From Perna viridis (lineage: Eukaryota): a stretch of 64,000 bases of DNA. Shown piece after piece: positions 39,701-51,700 of this stretch; positions within the stretch are counted from its first letter, which is position 1, and every line of letters starts with the position of its first letter. Position numbers and translations under genes: made by a program. The stretch covers positions 45,508,001 through 45,572,000 of the forward strand of contig CM074512.1 in NCBI GenBank assembly GCA_037379345.1, written 5' to 3'. Below the pieces are notes generated by a model, which saw nothing but the letters and a program-made list of their open reading frames with translations, had not been told where the DNA came from and ran no database searches.

Positions 39701-42700
39701 TGTGTATCACATTTCAGACATTATCTCAAAATTGTCATTCATGAAAATTGGATGAATTGTAAAGTAAATGTTTATTTACCTAAGCTCATTTAAAATTTCT
39801 ATATATTTTGAATTTTAATTTTCTGATTGAAAATTTACTCAATAAAATCTTAGTTTATAAAGATTTCATTGTACTTTTATATGCATTACTAATCAGAAGA
39901 ACTTTCTGTTGATAATAATGTTATTCTCATTAACACACACATGTAATGAATGTCGTGGATAGGTAACCAATAATTGTCCCCCTAGATAACTTATTTTTTG
40001 CTTTCTTTCTTTCTTTGTTTTTTGATTTGTCTTAGTTTTCAGTACATAAAAATTGTTTACATGTATGTTATGATTTAAAAAAAAAACTTTCAAAAATTAA
40101 CAAAACATTGGTTCACTTTTTTTTAATTATAAATTTAAACTCCAATGAAAAAATACACTACTAAGACAATAAATTTTCATTTACTACTGACTTCTTTTGT
40201 TTGTTTCATCATGTTTTTTAAACAAAACTGCTTAATTATATGATGTATAATCATTTCTTCATGTACTTCTTTGCATGTAATGACTACTAATTTGATAGCT
40301 ACCACAGCTGTAAATAAGTTACACCCATTGAAATATCTATCTTTCTCCAAGTGTTCAAAACTTGATTAAAAAAAAAATAACTGTGTCACTTTAATCTTGT
40401 GTCTATAAATAAAAATCTGCGAAAACATGGGAAAGACAATAATTCTAGTTTTCTTGAGTTGGGGTAGATTTTTGTGTGTAATATCTTAAGTTTTCCTATT
40501 TTACTGTAAGTACAACTTTAGTTTTGTTGTACCGCTAATTTTAATTTTTTATACCCTGATGTTGTAGTGTTTAGAAATAGAGGTCTTAATTACATGTTGT
40601 TATTACAAATCAGTTTTAATGACATTAGTTGGATCTTGATACTGTAATCTAAAAAAATGTCATAAATGATTTTATGCAAATGATTAATAGAATAATACAT
40701 TTATATATATATATATATATACTCGTGTTATTGACAATAAGGTTTTCTAAGTGTTGATAAGACATTCTACAAAATTAATCTGTGATTGCTTTTAACTAGA
40801 ACTTTCTCATACACTATTTGTGTCATTACTTGTTTTTCTTATAAGGTCATTACAGCGAGTAAGATAGTTATCTTCAGAGAAATGTTATTCATTACAGCGA
40901 GTAATATAGTTATCTTCAGAGAAAAGTTATTTATTACAGCGAGTTATATAGTTATCTTCAGAGAAATATTATTCGTTACAGCGAGTAATATAGTTATCTT
41001 CAGAGAAAAGTTGTTTTTCTCTTGATTTAATGACCAGCACCGTATGAACTTGCATAGGTGGTTGATAGGACAATTAACAAAGAGATTTAAACTGTCCAAT
41101 CAGACACAGATTTAAATACCTCTATAGGAGTAGAAAATTTAAATCTCCTTCTCAATTGCCCAGTTTTTCATAGCTAAGAAATTTATCAGGTAATGTTCAT
41201 TCAATCACAGGAATACTAACTTTATTCTCTGAAGATAACTATATTACAGGCTGTTAAATAGGGTAGAATCAGGAATAGATTTAGTGTGAAATTTTATTTT
41301 TATTGTTGAACACATTAATATGTTCCTCCATCCATCATCATCTACTAATATTAAAGACAATAACACAAGATCCAACTCAGTTTTAGTTGTTGTTAATTGT
41401 ACTTATTTTGTTCTTTCTTTCTTTTCCCTTCTTTTTTTCCTTCCTTTCACACTATCCTGCCCATGTGCACACCCTCTGTGCCATGTGACCTTTGATGTTC
41501 CCAGCAACGACACATCACTTGAAAGACACACCAGTAGGGCTTCTGATTCTAGGCGTGACAAGGGAGGAAAGAACGAGAGTGAGGTCAATGTTACCGCCAC
41601 AGAGAAGAGGTTTGCCTATAGTCTGCTAGAGAAGTTGTTACAGTACTTTGACAATGCCTCAATGAATATGACCCAGACACGACCTAGTTCCAGATTCAGT
41701 AGGAGAGAGAGCTATTGTACTGCTACTGAAGATGTCAAATTCTTTGGAAAGGTAAGACTTCATTAAATGGTTCATTGTTTAGTATTGAGGATATCAGTTC
41801 TTTTTTAAACGTAGGATTTATCAATGATATGGTCAACCTATCTATGTCTAAGATGTTGTGTTTTTTTGACAAGAGAGAACTGGTTCAGGAAATACAAACT
41901 TAATGCTACTGAAGATATCAGCTTAATGGAGCTTGTTTAGTTCCAAAATGGTCTAAAAATCAGGAATACTTAGCTGATCGATGTTTATGTATTTCAGGTT
42001 GTACTACCATTTGTAGAGAAATATTTCGCTGCCCATCGTGAATACTTTGTTGGATCCAGTACATCAGCAGGAGGGAGTGCCATGGCCTCTGTCAAGGAGA
42101 AAGAAATGGTTGCCAAGTAAGAAATTGAAACACTTGACATTAAATCAGTAATTTTAACATTGTCAACATATTCACTTGCAAATTTGCACATTTACTTCAA
42201 TTTTTTTGAATTAGTTGATTGGATACTTAGTGAATTTAGGCTTAAGGTAATTTCTGCTTCTGCACTAAGTACATGAGAAAAGCATGATAAAGTGGCAATG
42301 GGTTGACTTCAAGTGCTGATCCAGAGAATTTGAAAAGGGGAATTTTCAAGCTAATATAGATTTTTTTGTGTACAAAATTAATATAGTTTTCCAATAAAAG
42401 GGACCCTAGACTACCAATATAACCCCTGTATGTTGACATAATACTGTAAACCAATAAAATTTCACTTCATCTTTTTTTCAAGGTTTCTGCTATCAATCTG
42501 CTTTCAGGCATTTTAAATTTCACTATTGTTTTTCAAATTGTAATTTAATGTTCTAATAATATTTGAAACAGTTAAATTTTTGTGTTTTGGATCATTGCAC
42601 AAAAATAATGAAAATTTCATGGCTTACAGTAGTCTGTATTCCAAAAGTTCTGTTTGAAATTGCACTGTTACATATTTATAAATGAAATTAAATTGTAAAT

Positions 42701-45700
42701 TCAATAATTCTCATTACCTTTAATGCACTAATGCATGCATGTTTTCCTTATCAATTTGTAGCCTGTTCTGTAAGTTAGCCCAAGCACTTAGAGGAAGAAT
42801 TAATGCTTTTGGACACGATGTGTGTATCTCTGTCAGATGTCTGCAAGTCCTCATACAAGCTGTTGATGCCAGGTAATTCTAGTATGAGCCAATTTAATTG
42901 TGACTTTTGTACCCCAGGAAGTTTATGACTTTTTGTTATATCAGAGGAAAGAGTAATCAAGGGAACAAGGTTATAGCGATAATCAAAAGAATGTAAAAAT
43001 GTAAATTGGAAAAAAGTGATTTATATCAGAATTTAAGGAAATTATTAATCTTTTGCAGATGGCTGACACAAGTGTAAATACTGGTAAATCTGTTGAATGG
43101 TTCTTTACTACCCAAAATTAAGAAATGTTAATGTTTTTTTTTCAACATTGTGGGCAAATGCAATATCATTCCAAGGAAACATGATGAATTTTTGAATAGG
43201 TAGTTGTGTTGCAAAAATAAAAATAGTGTTAACATTGAATTTTGGCTAGGTAATATTTTCATGATTTGCAAGATTATATATTTCATGTGCTTGTAAATTT
43301 CACAGTTTGAATTTTTATATCTTATTTAAGATCTGTTGTAAAGAATAGCCCAGAGATGGTGAGATCATCCTTAATGCCATTCTTCAACAATGCAGCAGAT
43401 GATTTAGCTCAGGTTGTTGACAATCTTATGAGAGGTCGCTTCAGTCATATCAAGGGAACCATTACCAGAGGGGCTACCAGTCTAGATTACGTACACATGG
43501 TTCTACTTCCTGTCCTGTCTTCAATGTTTGATCATCTTGGTCGGAATCACTTTGGACCTGACTTAATGAGTATGTACTGAAGACTTAATATCAACCAAAG
43601 CAATCTATTTTTAGATTTCTTTGATATTTGTGAAACTTTTTTTTAAAATTTGAACAGACATTAATCATGGAAAACACAAGACTTAAACAAATTTCTGAAG
43701 AGAGAAAAATGTAAGAGAAGTCCCAAAATGGTAAAATAAGTATTAAGGATCTGATATGCTATTAACTTTTAAAAAAATATTCGAGATGGCAAAAAAAGGA
43801 TTTAAGCCACCTAAGTTTAATCTAACTTCAGTAATGAACAGGCATCACAGAAGTAGGGGAGGTCAATGACTGTTTTTGTCATCAACAAACTGCTGCGGTT
43901 TTGATACCCTTCAGTTGTATTACAGGTAGTGCCTGTCTCATATTATAAATATATATGGAGTAGGGCTTTAATGAAAGATGAAACAATAAATGACAGTAAA
44001 ATAATTATGCAGATTTTGCTTTGTAACAGTCCCTTCAACTATGATGAGATTTACTTTTTTAATCTTATTGTCATCTTTTTTCCAGCGAGTGATATTCAGC
44101 TAGCAGCTTACAGGATTCTAATATCACTTTATTCTTTGGGAACCACTAATTCGTCAGTTGTTGAAAGGTATAATTGAGATATATATATATATATATACCA
44201 CACTGAAAATGTTTCTTTATTATTTTGGACAACAAAAGTAGGTACTAAATTGTTTGAATTAAAATTTTATGAATATGAAATGGGTTAAAGTGTTAAAAGT
44301 TATTAACAGTTTGGTATAAGTAAATAGATACTTATATTCAGAAGCAATGGTATGCATTTTTTATGATGATTTTACTGTTTTAAGATAAAATTCAATTTTC
44401 TCGAAATTTTAAATTGTGATTTTATTTTTATTTCAACCTGTAACATCATTTGTAGTACACAAGAACTTCTCAATGACTAGTAATTTGCAGCATTGCTTTT
44501 TTCTAAATAGGGAATGAATTATATATCATTATTATATACAGGGAGACCATATTGTCTGAACTTTCAAGGTAAAGCATGGTGTGGAAAACTGTAGCACCAT
44601 TATTTTCCTCTTGTTTGTTAGTTCATCACTAAAATGTCAATCTTATTGCCAAGTTACAAGGCTTTGTGCATGTCAATCATATTTTAGCTATACCATTAAG
44701 GATATTAAGACATCCAATACACAAAATTTGCTGTGTATACAGGTAATTTTTTTAAATGACTTTCACAAGATTTTCACATGAATTGGGCAAATCAAATTTT
44801 TGACAGAGTGAAGTTCATGTAATTAGAATGATTTTCACATGAAGTCCATGTGAAGTGATGTGAATTTCACATGAACAATATTTGCCTGTGTAGCTTATGT
44901 AAAGGGCTTATAATGCAACACATATACATTTTTTTATAAAGAATCCCTAGCTTATTGTGAACAAGTTTATTTTGTCCTCAATAATCATGTTTACACTTAA
45001 AAACTTGATGTATAACCCCAGCATAGAACTCAAATGACCCCTAGCCTCTGGAAACAACTTTGAGATAGGTTTTCCTAATTATGAGGCAATATTGCTTTTT
45101 TTGTAAAAATCAATGATACATGACCTTACATAGTTATAAAGGCAGTGGTGGTTGAAAATCGAAAAAATACTACATGCATAATTTTGAATTTCTTACCATT
45201 TGTACAAGTTGATAAGAGTAGTTATTAATTATCTTATAAACATTGGTGTGTAACCTAGTAGAAATACGGTAAATCACTTGTGTTTTAGGGTTTATAGTTA
45301 CTGCACTGAAAAAAGTAAACTTCATATCATCTTTTCAATATTTGAACTATAACATATAAATTTCCCTTTTCGAAATTTCTTTATTTCTTGATTACCCCTT
45401 CTGATATTTGCTGAAAATATTAAGACTTATTTGCAAAGCATGTGTATTATATTTTGAAGTAATAATGGCAAGAGATAATTTTAAAATATTCAAAGTTTAG
45501 AAATAGAAAACTAATTCAAAAACTTGATAAAGCCTCACTCTAATTAGATATTTTTCAGGATAAATCAGTTTGCAGGGTCGATTTTTTCCTTTATTCATCC
45601 TAAATTTTATATGTTGTTGTGTGTTAGATTTTAGAAGTACCAGTGATACTTTTCTTTAGATGATAGTTTAGAAATAGATTGTAGATCTTAATGATCCAAC

Positions 45701-48700
45701 TTTCAATTTAGCAATTTTAGATAAAGATGTCATTGAATACATATACTAAGTTCTTTACACTATTGTTATTTGGTCTAACAGAAAAATTAATAGAAATTGG
45801 GCTAGGGTCAGGGATCATTTTTCCATGGAGGTCTAAGCATCATGACACCGAAACTGTCCTAATAATCAAATGTAGTGAATTTCTTGTCAGATAGTAAAGT
45901 ATTCAGAAGATAGTTTTTGCTGAACTTGCCATTATTATTTCCTAAGTCCAATAAGCACAGTTTTGAGTTGCAGGTTTTAGTATTTTAATTTTAAATATTG
46001 ATGTTTTTAGTTAAAAAAAAGGTATATTTGTGATTTTCTTTCATTTTCTGTGTATTTATGTGTATTTTGTTTTAAATGTTAAGTCTATTTGTGGCATAGA
46101 TATCCAGCAAACTGGTTTATTTTTGGAAAGTGTTGATCAAATATCTATAATTTTATTGTATTGTTAAATTTGTCTTCATAGGCAAAAAAGAATGTTACTT
46201 CTTGTTAAAGATTCTTGCTCATAGTTTTTTTATACCTTGCCATTAATGCTTAAAGAAATCATGCAAAAAAGACACATGATCAAATCATGTTGACATGAAC
46301 TAACAATTTAACAAAAATGATATAAAATGGTGTTCGTACTTAAAATAATGGCTTTTATTTCTGAAATGTTATATTTGGTAGTTCATGTGTAAAGAAATAA
46401 AAGAAATGTTTATTTTAAACAGACACAGGCCAGCATTAGGAGAATGCCTTGGTTCATTTGCCAGCTGCTTCCCAGTGGCCTTTTTAGAACCAAACTATAA
46501 CAAATATAATAGAAACTCCATACTGTTTGGCATAGAGGGGAAGATCTCAGAACACTCTTTGGAAGCACAAGGTAATTATTATAATGTTCTAGTTAAGATG
46601 TGTAGTCTTGTCAAACTTTGAATCAATGTAGACATAAAATTTCTGTTTTGATAAATCTGTAAGTGTAACTCTGAGATTATATAGTACTTTGGGAAACATA
46701 CCCATAATTTTTTTTAATTAAATAACTTACCTAAAAGCCAGAAAAATGAAAGAAATGGTGGGGCAACAATTTGTACGGATTTTATTTTATATTTAAGATG
46801 ATTAATCTCAGTCAATTAAGTCTTTTGCATGTTAATTAAATTTAAAATAATTTTTCACAGAGGTCATGGATCAACTGAAAGAATGTGTGCCAGAGTTGGA
46901 AAAGATCATCACTGAAATAGCAGAACTGGCAGAATCTGGTGGGAAATATCAAGAAGCTCCTCATGTCATTGAAGTTACACTTCCTATGTTGTGTAGTTAT
47001 CTCCCTTATTGGCTTGTACAAGGCAGATTGATGGCTGATGGGTATATATTGAATGTTCCTTTTTTGTATTAAAAATATATTTTAATAAATAATTGGCTAT
47101 TTTGTTGCTAAAAAAAAAATTAATTGAAATTGGCGCTCGGTTCGGGCCTGAGGGCCCTCAATGGTGCCACCTACTTTTAATTTTCTTCCACCTACTTTAA
47201 AACTTATTGTGAACCCTGCTCATTTATAGCAGATGAGCTAAATGATATCAGTTGCTCTATAAGAAACCTGTAAAACATGTGTCAGTCATCAAGTATTTGA
47301 GATTTGATATTTGATTAAGAATTTTACCATTTATATGTAAAATTATTGATTGCTTGCATAAAACACATATTACATGACATGTATATGGAATTATTCCTGT
47401 TTGTGTATGGTTTGTAGCTGAAATTTAGGAAAATGTACATGACTTGGAAATTTAACAGATTCCTTTCCTGTATTATCTTTAAGAAAACTTTGTATTGTTT
47501 TCTATTCAGCTCCAACAGGGCATCAACTGTAACAGAAGAACTAATGAACACTGTTCTGAAGAACGTACTTACTCTAATCTTGAGTAACATAGGTACACTG
47601 GATGCTCCTTGGATGAACAGGATTGCTAGTATGTATGATGTAGTGTAGAGATTAAGGAGTTGGATCTTGTATTTATCAAAGAAAAATAAATTGTCTGGCT
47701 GACCAAGGGTTGTTTGTTTCTGTCTATCTACAAAATTACTTAATTGGTAGTTAGAAAGCAGCCAATGTAATGCTCAGGGTCCTAAAATGTCTTGACAACC
47801 TAGAAAATATGATATATTTTGCTTTTGAATTCAAACTTAATTATTTTAGTACCACTTTTATTATTTGTTCTTGTAAGATTAATTTAAAATTCACTATTTT
47901 ACAGCACGTACCCAGCCAATTATTGCCAGCTCTACACCAGACATGATTAAGGATCATTTCCTACCAATAGCTCTCAAACTGAGAGAGAATGGTAAAGCTG
48001 TTGACATCAAAGACAAAAAGTTAGTGTCATCTAAACATGGATCAAATGATATTGCTGACCTTGAAGCTGAAGTTCAAACTGTAAGTTGAGGCGATAGCTG
48101 TTTAAATGTAAAATGTTGCAACTTTTAAAAATATGCTAAGTGGTAAATTCTTTACAGACAAAATTTTGGGTATTAAATAAAATTAAACTCACAAAAGCCA
48201 ATATTTGCCTGTGTAGCTTATGTAAAGGGCTTAATATGTAACTCACATACATTTTTATGATGAATCCCTAGCTTATTGTGAACAAATTTATTTTGTGCAT
48301 ACAAAAGCCAAAATTAGAATATCATGAAGTTGTATGTAGCAATAGAGGGTTGATGCAGAGAATAAAATTCACAACATTCTGCTCAATGACCATAGTGATT
48401 GAAACTAAACAATTTCTAACAAGGTTCATTAAACATATATGGATACCCTATTAAGATATATATTTTACAAATCATAGCATACAATACAACAGTTATATAC
48501 CACAAAAACGTGATGCAACCTAACCAATAACTTCCCTTCTGCTAATAGAAAGCTTCAAAAATTGTTAAATTTTTAGGGATACTGTACTCTGGTGAGAGAC
48601 ATCTATGCTTTTTACCCACTGCTGATTAAGTATGTAGACTTACACAGATCACAGTGGCTCAAGAATCCAATGCCTGAAGCTGAGGAGCTCTTCACTTGTG

Positions 48701-51700
48701 TTGCTGATATCTTTGGCCTCTGGTCAAAGTCATTGGTATGTTTGAAATTGTAGAGCATGTACAATGAGAATAAAAGCTTTTTGATATCCTGCAAAACTCG
48801 ATGCCCCTCCCACTTTTGAGCTATTGGTTAGCTACTTGAGCAGTGCAAGTGGCTTCTGGTCTGGTAGAGATAGTTTTGAGTTATTGATTTTTTACTGCTA
48901 TGCGAAAGTTTGAAGTGAAAGCTTTAATGATTTATTTTAGCTGATACTTGTTTCTTCTTAGATCAAAGAGCTACAATATTTGAAGAAACATTCGATATGT
49001 TGTCATTTTGCAAGACCTGTACTTGCACAGTTCATGGAAGCATTTTATTTAAAAAACCAAGCTCTTTTTTTCCTATGACATTTTATAATTTAGATTAGTG
49101 GTAAATTATTACAGTTCCAACATCCAGCTTACAAGCTGCCCATACTTCAAATTTTCGTTCAAATTGATAACCTAAGAATTACAATGTAACAATAAATGTT
49201 GTAGACATCCATGAATGATTCCATATCCATTGTATGCTATTAATGCATGTTTGATTGTTATCATCTCTGCATTGTTTCCTATAGTGGTCTAGTGGAAAAC
49301 AGGTAAGTGAACTCAGCAATCTTTTTTATCTTATTATTGTGGAGTTGGTCAAATATATGTAAGTTTATCTGTGTTTTTTTTAGCTTATTTTTTTTAAACT
49401 TGAACACATGAAAGAATAGTTTAGCTTTGATATTAAAAAAGATGTTTTTTTTTTTCTTTTATGAACTGCTTTTTATTTGGAAAGGTCATTCTCTTGCAAG
49501 TAGTGATATGTCTGTGATACTAAGGTATATTGTATATATTGATGGAGAATTAGCATTAGATATGTAGATGCGCACTAAGCAAGGTAATCATTGCTGGATG
49601 CTGTGAAAACAGGTAATCAAACTTCAGGATTTATTGTTAACCAATGCCAGTGGGGGTTGGTAAGGAAGTACTACTCATTTAGCTCACTTGCAGTTACAGT
49701 TTATTTATTTCTTCTGTCACATTTATTTGAAGTAAAGATCACTTGTTTTAGGTCTATCTTATAATCAACAAAGGAGAATAAGTTTCTAAAAATTTTATTT
49801 GTTGTGGAGGTATATTATGTGTGGTTATATATATTATATCTTGATTTTAGCGTCTTAAGGAATCTCAACATCATGATATAAGGAGAATAACGGTATAGAT
49901 TTAATGCAGTACAGATAGTTTGAAAGGCTATGCATTATGCAGATAATATAATTCTGCTATGGCCTATGTTTGTATAATAATTCTTTACAACAATAGGGCT
50001 TTTTCTTGATGCTCTTTGTAAAAGCTGCATTGTGGTAATGGCTTTTCTGCTCATTCTTTTATTCATATTTACTGTTCCAATAATGATATTTCATCTTCTT
50101 TAATTATTGAATATAACATTAGTAAAAAGAGGTAGAAAAAATCCTATAAATCTAATGGTTATGGAAATATGAAAGTATTTTATAACCTTCTTAAAGCTTT
50201 GTTAGTATTGTTTCATTGAAATGCTAATTCAGCTTTTTTGAGGAAAAAAAAAAATTAAAATTGTTTTAGTTTTCTTAAAACTACATATACTAAATTTATT
50301 TCTTTTCTAACTGGGTTTGATGCTTTTTCACTTAAATTACTTTCTTTGTAACTGTCATTGTGGGTTTGGTATATTTAACTTGTACTATTGTGTAATTTCT
50401 GAGGAACATTGTCATAGTGTGTAATACAATGTAAATGTACAAACATTTTCTACTATACCATTTATGTATTTGCCTTTGCTGTGTTTAAATTTTATGCATC
50501 TACTCGTCAGGCTAATTTGAATTATCTTAAATTACATATATTTTGCATGTGATATTAAGCATTGCATTGCAGAATTCAATCGTTGAAAGGTTAAATCAAG
50601 TGAACAGTAGATTTGTCACACATGACACTGTATAGAAATGCCTGAAGTTACACTGTAAAATAAGTTTTTATTTTTGCAAAGTAGACCCCTTAGTGCTTAA
50701 TCTCTTATCTTGCTATACATCATATTGGTAGTTACTGATATAGTTTAGAATATTTGTTTTATTCAAGATATTATTTTTTAAGTCTTTATTAATACATGTA
50801 GTTGAATTAATATTTTCTATTTTGACCTATTATTTTTAGAGATGATACCTTCTATAACAGAACTAAATTGGTGATATTACCAGGTTAATTATTCTTTATT
50901 AACATAGAGTGTGAATCAAATTATTTTTTCATGATTATCTCTCTTCCTTTCTTCAGATGTTTAAAAGAGAAGAACAGAACTTTGTCATGGCAAATGAAAT
51001 TGACAACATGGCCCTTATTATGCCTAGTCAATCAAAGACTGTTAAAATCCCACAATCTGAACTACAACCTGAAGGTACTACAGTGAAGAAAGCTTCTAAG
51101 AAGAGAGAAAAGAAGAGACTTGAACCACATAACAGTTTAAATGTGGCTTGTTTAAAGAGACTTTTACCAATAGGATTGGCTTTCTTTAGTGGAAGAGAGC
51201 AGGAACTGCTTCAACAGGCTAAACAGAAGTTAATTGATGTAAGTATTGACTCATTGTAATAGTTTTTTTTCATATTTATGGAATGTAAGCCATTATAATA
51301 AGTTTTTCAAAGGGAGATAACCCACCAACACCCGACAACCTGGTTGGCAGTCTTATTTGGGGAAAGGGAAATCTGTAAACATTTTTTTCGGAAACTTATA
51401 CCATTTTCACTTTGATAAGTACCAGAATGGTTTAAAAGTACCGCATCCAAGTACTTACCGTGGCTCTGATAATTTGAATATTTTAGTTTGAAGTCTACTA
51501 CTGTCCATTGCTCCAATTTGACAGTAAACCAGTCTGTCGGATGACAAATTTATAGTAAGTTACTCCCCTTTGCTTAAAATCTTAAGAAAAGAAACAAAAG
51601 TCGGGAATATGAAAAAAGGACTATCATATTTTCTTTTTAGATAATGCATTGTATGGCAGATGGAAATTAGTGGGAAAATTTGGTGTATTTTTTTCTTTAA

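Noticed and set aside
39897-39962. 66-nt AG...GT segment in the w50-w51 intron
   Set aside because: In-frame TGA in the required phase; no other support (a poison exon cannot be excluded).
40786-41025. 79-aa repetitive ORF
   Set aside because: Translation of the 42-bp tandem repeat.
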